Source: Dehalococcoidia bacterium (lineage in GTDB: Bacteria > Chloroflexota > Dehalococcoidia > Lucifugimonadales > UBA2962). From it: a stretch of DNA of 64,000 nt. Shown here in pieces: positions 56,098-64,000 of the stretch (positions are counted from its first letter, which is position 1; the number at the start of each line of letters is the position of its first letter). The DNA is taken from the NCBI GenBank assembly GCA_965207145.1, contig OZ242262.1, positions 8,827-72,826 of the forward strand, given 5' to 3'. The notes under the pieces are model-generated. The model worked only from the letters and a program-made list of their open reading frames with translations. It did no database searches and was not told the DNA's origin. The position numbers were made by a program, and so were the translations under genes.

Positions 56098-56380
56098 GGG
56101 CACGCGATGCCTGGTAGACCCGAGCGGCCAGGCCTACCGGCAGTCACAGAGGCCCAGGTAACTTGAGATGTGCTGGCGCTGGGAGGACAGGACCGACGAC
56201 GATAAAGCGTAGGTACCGGGACCAGCGTCCAGCAGGACCCTGGCACGTTCCCTCGGAAAGAACCGGACGGTTCTACTACCTATCAGACGCTCTGAGTTCC
56301 TCCCGGGTTGCAGCTGCGAGCAGGCCATGACCGCGGCTGGCGACCGTCCGCAGATCCTACCCAGACCTACCTGGCCAGGA

Positions 56381-56944
56381 TCAAACGGGGGCGTCTGGAA
56401 TGGACGGTAGTCCAGCGGCCTCGGCCAACTCCTTCACCACCTCGGTGAGCATCCGCAGGATCACCTCATCGCCTATATTGCCGTCTGCATCCACCGACTT
56501 GGCCACTTCGCATACTGGGTGAGGGCCACCTATAACACTCGCCTCCGCACTGCTGAGCACGGTGATCGTGGTTTCCTGAGCCCATTTGGCGCCGAACCGG
56601 GAGGGGCTTGCGCCGACAACCGCCACTGGCTTGCCTGAGAAGGCCGACTGACCGTAGGGCCGAGACGCCCAGTCGATCAGGTTCTTCAGCACACCCGGGA
56701 TGCTGCTGTTGTATTCGGGGGACGCGATCAGAATGGCATCGGCCGATCGAATCCTCCTTCGCAGCTTCAGCACCGGTAGAGGAGTCAGGTCGCCTTCGAA
56801 GTCCTGGTTGAACAGCGGTATGCTTGGCCCATCCTCGTAGATGTCGACTTCCACTCTCTCAGGAGCAAGTTGCCTCGCCGCCTCGAGAAGGGCCCTGTTG
56901 TACGAATCCCTCCTGAGGCTGCCGGGAATCGCCAGTATTCTCAT
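56381..56944 (-). CDS. NAD(P)H-dependent FMN reductase.
   Basis: MRILAIPGSLRRDSYNRALL...ADAILIASPEYNSSIPGVLKNLIDWASRP. The internal ATG at 56944 fits the family N-terminus. Confidence 0.85.
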   Translation of the reverse strand: MRILAIPGSLRRDSYNRALLEAARQLAPERVEVDIYEDGPSIPLFNQDFEGDLTPLPVLKLRRRIRSADAILIASPEYNSSIPGVLKNLIDWASRPYGQSAFSGKPVAVVGASPSRFGAKWAQETTITVLSSAEASVIGGPHPVCEVAKSVDADGNIGDEVILRMLTEVVKELAEAAGLPSIPDAPV

Positions 56945-57446
56945 GCTTTCTTCATCCAATCCTGAACCCTCTGCCAAATCGCATCTCCCTTCAGCGAATA
57001 TGGTAGCCACCAAGGATCTGGCCCCGGCCGCCCTGACGTTAGGCAGCCTCCTATTGGCACGGCCGCGGGAATTGGGGCCGAAAGCTAAGGTACCAGAGTG
57101 GGCTCATGGAGCCCCCTCCTTGTGCAGCTTTGGGGCGCACGGTCACGCGAGGCCTTGCTTGCGGGCCTAGCCCGTGAAGTCCGGGGTACACGGCAAAACC
57201 ACTGGGAGGCCGTGGTTAAGTGGAAGGGCAGCGGCATCGCAAATGAAACCGGCAATGCGACAAACATGGTCGGAGTCTGCCCGGATCGCGGTCCGCCGGA
57301 CGGAAGCGCCGGTCGGGGGCGGTCACCCATGAACCGTCGATCCAGGTTTCGGGTCTCAATTGACGTCTATGGCGCCGCCGGAGCCCGGGGGCAGTCGGGT
57401 ATCATCCAAACGAAGTCTCGTCCAACGGACCTAGGCAGCCTTTCAG

Positions 57447-58757
57447 ATGACGCAAGACCGCTACGCTCGTTCCCGACAGCTGTTTGAAGAGGCCCAGGAG
57501 CTGGTCGCAGGCGGCGTCTCCAGCCAGCTGAGGCGAAGCGAGCAGCCCGTACCCCTTTTCTTTGCCAGGGCGAAACACGGGCGCATGTGGGACGTGGACG
57601 GCAATGAATACGTCGACTACGTGCAGGGCATGGGCCCGAACATATTTGGTCACTCCCCCGACTTCCTCACAGAAGCGGTTGCGCAGGCGATGGGGGATGG
57701 CCTGGTCTACACCGGGCAATTCGGGCGTGAACTGGATGTCGCCCGCCTGGTGCGGCAAGCGGTCCCGCTCAAGGGCACCGTGCGTTTCGCCAGCTCAGGT
57801 ACCGAGATCGATCAACTCGTCATCCGCCTGGCCCGTGGGTTCACGGGTCGCAGGAAGTTCATCAAGTTCGAAGGGCACTACCACGGCTGGACGGACTCGG
57901 TGAACTACAGCGTTCATCCTCCCCTGGACAAGGCGGGCCCTGGTGAGGCCCCCCTGCCCGTCGGGGAGTCCGCGGGCATGGATCCGGCCAGCGCCGAGAA
58001 CGTCGTCGTCTGTCGCTGGAACGACATCGACGCGCTGTCCCACGCCTTCGAACGGCACCACGACCAGATCTCAGGGGTCATCATGGAGCCGATTCTCATC
58101 AACACCAACTTCATCGCGCCCAGGGAAGGATACCTGGAGGAGGTAAGGGACCTGTGCGCAGCCCATGGAGCGCTGCTGATATTCGATGAGGTGATAACGG
58201 GCTTTCGAATAGCGCTGGGCGGAGCGCAGGAGCTTACCGGGGTCGTGCCCGACCTTGCTACCTATGCAAAGTCCATGGCCGGGGGTTTCCCGCTGGCGAT
58301 GCTGGTCGGGCGTCCGGAAGTGATGCAAGTTCTGGGCGACGGCACAGTCCAGCACGGCGGGAGTTTCAACTCGAACGTCGTGTCAATCGAGGCGGCCCAC
58401 GCCTCGCTTGCCCACATCATGGAGGACAGCGACCGGTTCTATGAGGACATTAGCAGGCGGGGCATGCATCTCATCGAAGGTCTAAGGGATGCCGCCAAGG
58501 AGACCGAGTCGGATCTGAGAGTGCATGGCCTCGGTTCGGTCTTCTCCACATCGTTCACGACCCGCACGCAGATCGACGACTACCGCGAGCACGCCCTCTA
58601 CTGCGACGAGGCAAAGTACCAGAGATTCCGTGCCGCAATGCTCGATCAAGGAGTCCGCCTGTCCGTGAACGGCCGGTGGCACATGGCCTCCACTCACACA
58701 GATGAGGACATCGACGTGACCATCGCTGCCGCAAGGGACGTCCTGTACTCGATGTGA
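57447..58757 (+). CDS. Class III aminotransferase (glutamate-1-semialdehyde aminomutase-like).
   Basis: ELVAGGVSSQLR...DVDGNEYVDYVQGMGPNIFGH...LIFDEVITGFR...DLATYAKSMAGGFPLA (PLP lysine). Confidence 0.85.
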   Translation: MTQDRYARSRQLFEEAQELVAGGVSSQLRRSEQPVPLFFARAKHGRMWDVDGNEYVDYVQGMGPNIFGHSPDFLTEAVAQAMGDGLVYTGQFGRELDVARLVRQAVPLKGTVRFASSGTEIDQLVIRLARGFTGRRKFIKFEGHYHGWTDSVNYSVHPPLDKAGPGEAPLPVGESAGMDPASAENVVVCRWNDIDALSHAFERHHDQISGVIMEPILINTNFIAPREGYLEEVRDLCAAHGALLIFDEVITGFRIALGGAQELTGVVPDLATYAKSMAGGFPLAMLVGRPEVMQVLGDGTVQHGGSFNSNVVSIEAAHASLAHIMEDSDRFYEDISRRGMHLIEGLRDAAKETESDLRVHGLGSVFSTSFTTRTQIDDYREHALYCDEAKYQRFRAAMLDQGVRLSVNGRWHMASTHTDEDIDVTIAAARDVLYSM

Positions 58758-58927
58758 CGGCAGCCGCCAGCCCTGCAGCTAGCTTGAGCTAATCTACCGA
58801 GCTGGGCCGTGTGCCGCCTGCTCTGACCCTTTGCGCACCGTCGTCCTGCCACATTCCTCAGACCATGGGCCCTGTTGAGACGCCCTGCATCGCATGGCGG
58901 TAACAAGGTGAATCCGGCCGCCCATTC

Positions 58928-59422
58928 CTAGGAGGAAACTTCCTTGAGGTTCCCCGTGGCGCAGTCGTAGACGAAGCCGCGGATATCGTCCTTGTCTGGA
59001 ATGAACGGACTCGCCTGTATTCGAGCTATCGAGTGGCGTACGTCTTCGTCCAGGTCACCGAACGCCTCCAGAGCGAAGGGCGGACGAAGGCCCGTATCAG
59101 CCTTGATCGAGTCCTTAACGTCATCGTCCCGAAAGGTCAACATCCCACAATCCGTGTGGTGGATAAGCAGGATCGATTGGGTGCCCAGCAGGCGCTGGGA
59201 GATCGTCAACGACCGGATCGCGTCGTCGGTGACCACTCCTCCCGCGTTTCTGATGACGTGCGCGTCGCCTTCCTCAAGACCAAGCAGCGCGTGAGTATCG
59301 AGGCGTGCATCCATACACGCCAAGACCGCCAGCTTTCGGCCTGGGGGCAAGGGCAGATCACCCTTACTGAATGTCTCCGCATAACGGGCGTTGTTCCCGA
59401 CCAGTTCATCTATGACGGACAT
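58928..59422 (-). CDS. Beta-class carbonic anhydrase.
   Basis: The internal ATG at 59422 gives 164 aa: KLAVLACMDARLD...LLIHHTDCGM (CxDxR and HxxC zinc ligands). Confidence 0.85.
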   Translation of the reverse strand: MSVIDELVGNNARYAETFSKGDLPLPPGRKLAVLACMDARLDTHALLGLEEGDAHVIRNAGGVVTDDAIRSLTISQRLLGTQSILLIHHTDCGMLTFRDDDVKDSIKADTGLRPPFALEAFGDLDEDVRHSIARIQASPFIPDKDDIRGFVYDCATGNLKEVSS

Positions 59423-59818
59423 AAAGACACTCCTTGGCAACGCTGCGCGCGTGCTGTCCAGATTTCCCGGGCCACAGGGCGCGGACCGGGGCGGGCGCCA
59501 AATTGTGACATTGCCGACTGGCCAGAAACAAGACCTGGCCCCCAGCAGGACGGCCGCTCTCAGCCTGCCGAGTGAAGCGATCGGCCACCTAGAGACAGGT
59601 GACTCTGCCGACACCTTTTTCGGGGGGAAGTCGGGTTCCAACGATTCGACCGTGGCACCGGGTCGCCTAGAGCTTGCGTCCGTAGCGCAAACCGCGACGA
59701 ACACACGAGGGCCAATCCGCCTCCCGTGCGGGACGGGCGGCAGTGTCAGCCCATGCTTACCCCAGGCCGGCCAGGCCCTCCCCTATCAGGGCAGCCTCGG
59801 CTACACGATGGACCCGCA

Positions 59819-60190
59819 TTAGCAGCCCGATATCCTGAAGCGGTTTCTGGCGACCAGCCTGTAGAGGGGGACACCGATGAAATGGAGTCCAGGCAGCCAC
59901 ATCAGCAGGCCCAGGGGGACGAGAACCGGCAGCGCCATTAGCAGTCTTCGAAAGGCGAAAAATCCCTCGAAGATGTCTCCCCGAGCATCCTCTACATAAG
60001 CCGATCTCTCCAGATCATCGCGCGTCAGGCCCTGCGGCAGGCACGCCGCCTCCTGCCAGGGCCGCCAGGAAACCCTCTTGCGCCAGTCGAGCGGACTCAG
60101 GCATCTGACGCATGCGGTGCAGAAACCGCAATCGCCGTCATAGTAGAAGATCAAGGCATTTGCAGCGGGCGGCAGACGACCAGACATCAA
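59819..60190 (-). CDS. Thiol-disulfide oxidoreductase DCC-family protein (DUF393).
   Basis: LIFYYDGDCGFCTACVRCL, followed by a C-terminal hydrophobic region. Confidence 0.8.
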   Translation of the reverse strand: MMSGRLPPAANALIFYYDGDCGFCTACVRCLSPLDWRKRVSWRPWQEAACLPQGLTRDDLERSAYVEDARGDIFEGFFAFRRLLMALPVLVPLGLLMWLPGLHFIGVPLYRLVARNRFRISGC

Positions 60191-60866
60191 ACAGGCTGCG
60201 CCTTCTACCCCCTCAATCGTTGACCGGCAGGTGTCCAGCGTCCCGAAGGCGGAAATTCCATGGGCTGCCTTTGAATGAGCTCATCCTGAATGGTGGGTAG
60301 CGGTTCGTGGTGATAAACGCTGTGTATGCGGTAATGCGCCAGGATCGACGAACGTTTTGGGCGTCATCGGTCGACGGGGACAGGTCTGTCATCGGTTACG
60401 AGTAAACTCCGACTCGAGCCGAGCGTCACGCGCGCTCAAGGTTGAAGTCGAACCACCAGCGCGGGTACTTTTCCCAGGGAAGGAGCATCAACACCAGTGG
60501 CGGAGTGGTCATTCCTGCCAGCAACCCATCAGCGATCCGGCTGGGCCTTGTTAGAAAGAGTCGAAAGAGAGTGCTCACCCGGCCGACTCCCTGTTGGGGC
60601 ATTCGGCATCGTAGCTAAGTGGATGGGAGTTCATCGGTTCTGATGCCATACTCTCCCTCTTGGGCCCGCAACTTGGTCGGAAGGCCCGACTCGCCCTACC
60701 TCTTCCCTCCCCTTGCAGGCGCCGAGGATACCACGGCGCAGCGACGCTCCCCGCGGCCGGGCGCCTGCGGGCATGATGCAGTTCCAGGAGGGTCGTCGGA
60801 TGCAGGTACATTAGATCTGTCCCTGGGCAACGCGGCCCCTTTACCAGGTAACGCACCTTCAGGTCG

Positions 60867-61601
60867 ATGCCCGTGACTTTCCTTAAGCCCATCCGGATCA
60901 CCGACGGCCTGTACCAGGTACGGGCAATTGGAGCACGGGTAACCGTCCTGGTGGACAAAGATGCGGTCCTGCTTGTGGACGCAGGCTCGCTGGGGAGTGC
61001 GGGCCTCATAGCACGGGGTCTAGGAGCACTGGGCCTTTCTGCCAGTCACGTGGAACGCGTGGTAGTTACCCATGCCCATCCCGACCACTGTGGCGGGTTA
61101 AGCGGGTTGATCAAAGGAAGGGCGATTGCTGTCGCGGCGCATACCCTGGATGCTGACTTCATAGACGGAACGGCGACTCCCCCGAGCCCGGTGCAGAACA
61201 TCATCCTCGGCAGGCTGACCCACCCGATCTATAACGCGCTAATGGGCAGGCCCGTGCCCGTCGCGGACAGACTCGAGGACGGCGACCTGGTTGACTTCGG
61301 GCTGGAGGTCCGGGTGGTCCACCTTCCCGGACATACCGACGGGAGCATCGCACTCTATGTACCGGCAAAACGTGCGGTGATCGTCGGGGATACCCTTCAG
61401 TACAGGTTCGCCCGAAAGCTAGGACCCCCGGCGAGGTGGGTGACCAGGCGACCGGAAGTGGCGATACGTTCGCTCGAAAAGCTCCTCAATCTGAATTTCG
61501 ATGTCATATGCTTCAGTCACTTCCCGCCCCTGCGCGAGGAACCCCACAAAGCCATCCGGAGGCTGATCGATCAACACTCTCTCCGACCGTCGCCCACTTG
61601 A
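60867..61601 (+). CDS. MBL-fold metallo-hydrolase.
   Basis: VVVTHAHPDHCGG (HxHxDH) and a downstream VVHLPGHTDGS. Confidence 0.85.
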   Translation: MPVTFLKPIRITDGLYQVRAIGARVTVLVDKDAVLLVDAGSLGSAGLIARGLGALGLSASHVERVVVTHAHPDHCGGLSGLIKGRAIAVAAHTLDADFIDGTATPPSPVQNIILGRLTHPIYNALMGRPVPVADRLEDGDLVDFGLEVRVVHLPGHTDGSIALYVPAKRAVIVGDTLQYRFARKLGPPARWVTRRPEVAIRSLEKLLNLNFDVICFSHFPPLREEPHKAIRRLIDQHSLRPSPT

Positions 61602-61696
61602 CCGCGACAGTGGCCGCCGTCGCCATGTGACATAGCGCGCGAGCCTGCCTGGGATCTCGTATCGTGTGATGGCCAGCAGCGATGTAGGAGTGAACC

Positions 61697-64000
61697 ATGC
61701 CGCCTAGCGAAACATTCGATCACCCGGCGGGCGAAACCGTCATCGACTTTATTCGCGCGGCGACCGACAGGTACGGTCCGCGCGATGCCCTCCTCATAAA
61801 GCCTGCATTCAGATACATGCGCTGGACCTATTCACAGGTCTGGGCACAAGCTGGCCAGGTCGCCACCCTCCTACAGCAAAGGGGCCTCAGCAAGGGAGAC
61901 CGGGTTATTCTCTGGGGACCGAACTCGCCTCACTGGGTAATCATCTTCTTCGGCTGCCTGAGGGCCGGAGCCGCAGTCGTTCCACTCGATGTTCGCAGCG
62001 CGCCGGACTACGTGTCCCGCGTGCTGGCGCAGACCGAACCCAAATTGGCTTTCACGTCGCGCCTCACTCCAAAGGGCGATCTTGACCTGGCTATCGAGGA
62101 GATCGCGTTCGAGGACCTCGAGGCGGCGATAGCCGGCTTATCCGATCCGAAAGACGTGACCTTAGAGCCGCATGACCTTGCCGAGATCATGTTCACGTCC
62201 GGCACGACGGGGGATCCAAAGGGCGTTATGCTCACCCACCGAAACCTTCAGGCGAACATTGAGGGCATTTCCCAATACATCTCCTGCGAGCCTTCAAGCC
62301 GGCTGCTGTCCATCCTGCCCCTGAGCCACATGTATGAGCAGATGGGAGGGCTGTTCATAGCCATGTACTACGGGGCCAGCATCACCTACCCGACCAGCCG
62401 TCAGCCCACGGTGCTCGCACGAACGATGCGCGAGCGCAGGATCACCATAATGCTGCTCGTTCCCCAGGGCCTGGAGCTTCTGATGAACGGCATAGAGCGG
62501 GAGATCGGGCGCCAGGGCAAGGAGGCCCTCTGGGGCCTGCTCCTGAGGGTCGCCGGGCGGACACCCTTCCGGTTGCGACGACACCTGTTCGGCCGGGTGC
62601 ACAGGCAGTTCGGAGGCAAACTTGAACTCATAGTCTCGGGCGGGGCAGCGCTCGACCCCGATCTGGGGAGGAAGTGGGAGCTCATTGGGGTGAAGATCCT
62701 GCAGGGCTACGGGGCCACCGAGGCCTCTCCCGTGATCAGCAACCATGCCCTCGATGAAAGGCGGCTCGAATCAGCCGGTCGCCCCCTGCCGAACCTGGAG
62801 GTCAAGATAAGCGGCGCGGGCGAGATCTGGGTACGTGGGGAGAACGTTACTCCGGGCTATTGGCGCGCTCCCGAGCAGACCGCAGAGGTCTTCGAAGGTG
62901 ACTGGTACAAGACGGGCGACCTGGGGTACCTGGACGACGAGGGATTCCTACACATTCAGGGACGAATGAAGGACATGATCGTTCTGCCAAGTGGTCAGAA
63001 CGTGTTCCCGGAGGATATCGAAGCGGTATTGCTCAAACATCCCCAAGTCAAGGATGCGACAGTTGTGGGGATAAGCAGGGGCTCTTCCGTCGAGGTCCAC
63101 GCGGTGCTGATTCTGGAAGACGCGGGCGAGGCGCAGCAGGTCGTCTCGTGGACCAACGACCAGCTGGCAGAGCACCAGAGGATTAGAGGCTCGACCGTAT
63201 GGAGGGCCGAGGACTTCCCACGCACCCACACCCTGAAGGTGAAAAAGCAATTGGTGATCGACTCTGTTCTCGCAGGCACAGAACCGGTGGGCCCGGCGGC
63301 CGCCGCTTCAGGCGGCGGGCGGGCGGGTGGCGCGCAAGGACTTGCTCAGATCCTGTGTGAGGTCGCCAGAATTGACCCCGAGCACCTGGGCGAGGACCTC
63401 AGGCTTGGCGACGATCTCGACCTGGACTCCCTCGGCAGGGTGGAACTGCTGTCGACGATTGAAGCGGAGATGGGCGTTTACATCGACGAGGATCAGCTGG
63501 GCCCGGATACCACCGTTGCACGCTTGGCGAGCCTCGTCGAGGAGGGCTCAAAGAGTCCTCCAATGCTCAGCTTTCCGGTCTGGGGGATGCGGTTGTGGTG
63601 TCGCATGCTCCGCGGCCTGCTCCAGAGAACACTGGTGTTTCCATTCCTCACCCTCATCTACAGCCTCAAGATCACCGGAGGCGACAACCTAGACGGGCTC
63701 GTTGGGCCCGTCCTGCTGGCATCCAATCACCATCTGGGCATGGATCACATCCTGATCACGAAGGCCGTACCGCTTAAGTGGCGCCGCCGCATGGCGATTG
63801 CCGCGGCCGCCGGGCTGTGGAGAAATCCCGTGCGCTGGGTATTGAACCCACTGCTTGGCAACGGCTTTCCCCTGGCAAGGGAAGGCGCCGTCCGTCCCAG
63901 CCTGGAGAACATGGGCAGGATCATGGATAACGGATGGTCGGTCCTCATATTCCCGGAGGGAGAACTCACCTATGGAGGACCCATGAAGCCCTTCATGACC
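61697..64000 (+). CDS. Tri-domain fusion: acyl-AMP/CoA ligase, carrier protein (PP-binding) and lysophospholipid-type acyltransferase. The 3' end is truncated by the window.
   Basis: It is not in the ORF track because it has no stop in the window. The ATG at 61697 follows GGAG. MFTSGTTGDPKGVMLTHRNL (AMP-binding), then LGDDLDLDSLGRVELLSTIEAEMG (phosphopantetheine Ser), then LASNHHLGMDHIL and LIFPEGE (HX4D and PEG acyltransferase motifs). All motifs are in the frame of 61697. Confidence 0.85.
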   Translation, partial: MPPSETFDHPAGETVIDFIRAATDRYGPRDALLIKPAFRYMRWTYSQVWAQAGQVATLLQQRGLSKGDRVILWGPNSPHWVIIFFGCLRAGAAVVPLDVRSAPDYVSRVLAQTEPKLAFTSRLTPKGDLDLAIEEIAFEDLEAAIAGLSDPKDVTLEPHDLAEIMFTSGTTGDPKGVMLTHRNLQANIEGISQYISCEPSSRLLSILPLSHMYEQMGGLFIAMYYGASITYPTSRQPTVLARTMRERRITIMLLVPQGLELLMNGIEREIGRQGKEALWGLLLRVAGRTPFRLRRHLFGRVHRQFGGKLELIVSGGAALDPDLGRKWELIGVKILQGYGATEASPVISNHALDERRLESAGRPLPNLEVKISGAGEIWVRGENVTPGYWRAPEQTAEVFEGDWYKTGDLGYLDDEGFLHIQGRMKDMIVLPSGQNVFPEDIEAVLLKHPQVKDATVVGISRGSSVEVHAVLILEDAGEAQQVVSWTNDQLAEHQRIRGSTVWRAEDFPRTHTLKVKKQLVIDSVLAGTEPVGPAAAASGGGRAGGAQGLAQILCEVARIDPEHLGEDLRLGDDLDLDSLGRVELLSTIEAEMGVYIDEDQLGPDTTVARLASLVEEGSKSPPMLSFPVWGMRLWCRMLRGLLQRTLVFPFLTLIYSLKITGGDNLDGLVGPVLLASNHHLGMDHILITKAVPLKWRRRMAIAAAAGLWRNPVRWVLNPLLGNGFPLAREGAVRPSLENMGRIMDNGWSVLIFPEGELTYGGPMKPFMT

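Noticed and set aside
59423-59704. N-terminal 94-codon extension of the carbonic anhydrase ORF.
   Set aside because: The extension is Arg/Pro/Ser-rich with no similarity to the family. The internal ATG at 59422 gives a canonical 164-aa beta-carbonic anhydrase.

Overview
High-GC bacterial chromosomal segment that looks metagenome-derived; I cannot assign a taxon from sequence alone. I found no rRNA, intact tRNA, CRISPR array or intact mobile element.

**Layout**
- **1-12657 (minus):** the 5' part of one giant gene. It is absent from the ORF track because it has no stop codon in the window. It encodes a signal-peptide-bearing surface protein built from dozens of Calx-beta and cadherin-like modules. 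It includes a nucleotide-perfect 1,392-bp tandem repeat at the window edge and a G18 homopolymer 10 nt upstream of its ATG.
- **12.9-20.3 kb (minus):** a frameshifted single-haem protein, a tetrahaem cytochrome c, a cytochrome P450, a LuxR-type regulator, an amidase and membrane proteins.
- **20.3-24 kb:** lower-GC and gene-poor, with a PT-rich lipoprotein, small membrane ORFs and a possible decayed integrase fragment.
- **23.7-24.5 kb and 54.3-55.1 kb:** diverged inverted duplicates of a response-regulator gene plus its promoter. Each carries a TGTAAC-N3-GTTACA palindrome and encodes a conserved C-terminal WWWPFG tail. The two copies bracket about 30 kb.
- **Inside the bracket, metabolic and other genes:** a transsulfuration enzyme, a homocysteine S-methyltransferase with a two-gene flavoprotein oxidase, a histidine-decarboxylase-like enzyme, a K+ channel, a MarR regulator and a triple-Cache lipoprotein.
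- **Inside the bracket, 41-52 kb:** the neighbourhood I consider most interesting (see below).
- **Right end:** a GAF-GAF histidine kinase with two receivers, housekeeping-type enzymes, and a 3'-truncated acyl-AMP ligase / carrier protein / acyltransferase fusion.

**Most interesting neighbourhood (41-52 kb)**
- A GPP34(GOLPH3)-P450 fusion.
- A sterol C-24 methyltransferase (ERG6/SMT1-like) homologue and a second methyltransferase.
- A Rieske oxygenase with no canonical start codon.
- An MMPL/RND (HpnN-like) transporter.
- A three-lipoprotein operon whose last gene is a TlpA-like thiol-disulfide oxidoreductase. It has an in-frame UGA at the first Cys of the CxxC motif and a SECIS-like hairpin, so it is a candidate selenoprotein.

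All family assignments come from motif recognition by eye. None has been checked against a database.
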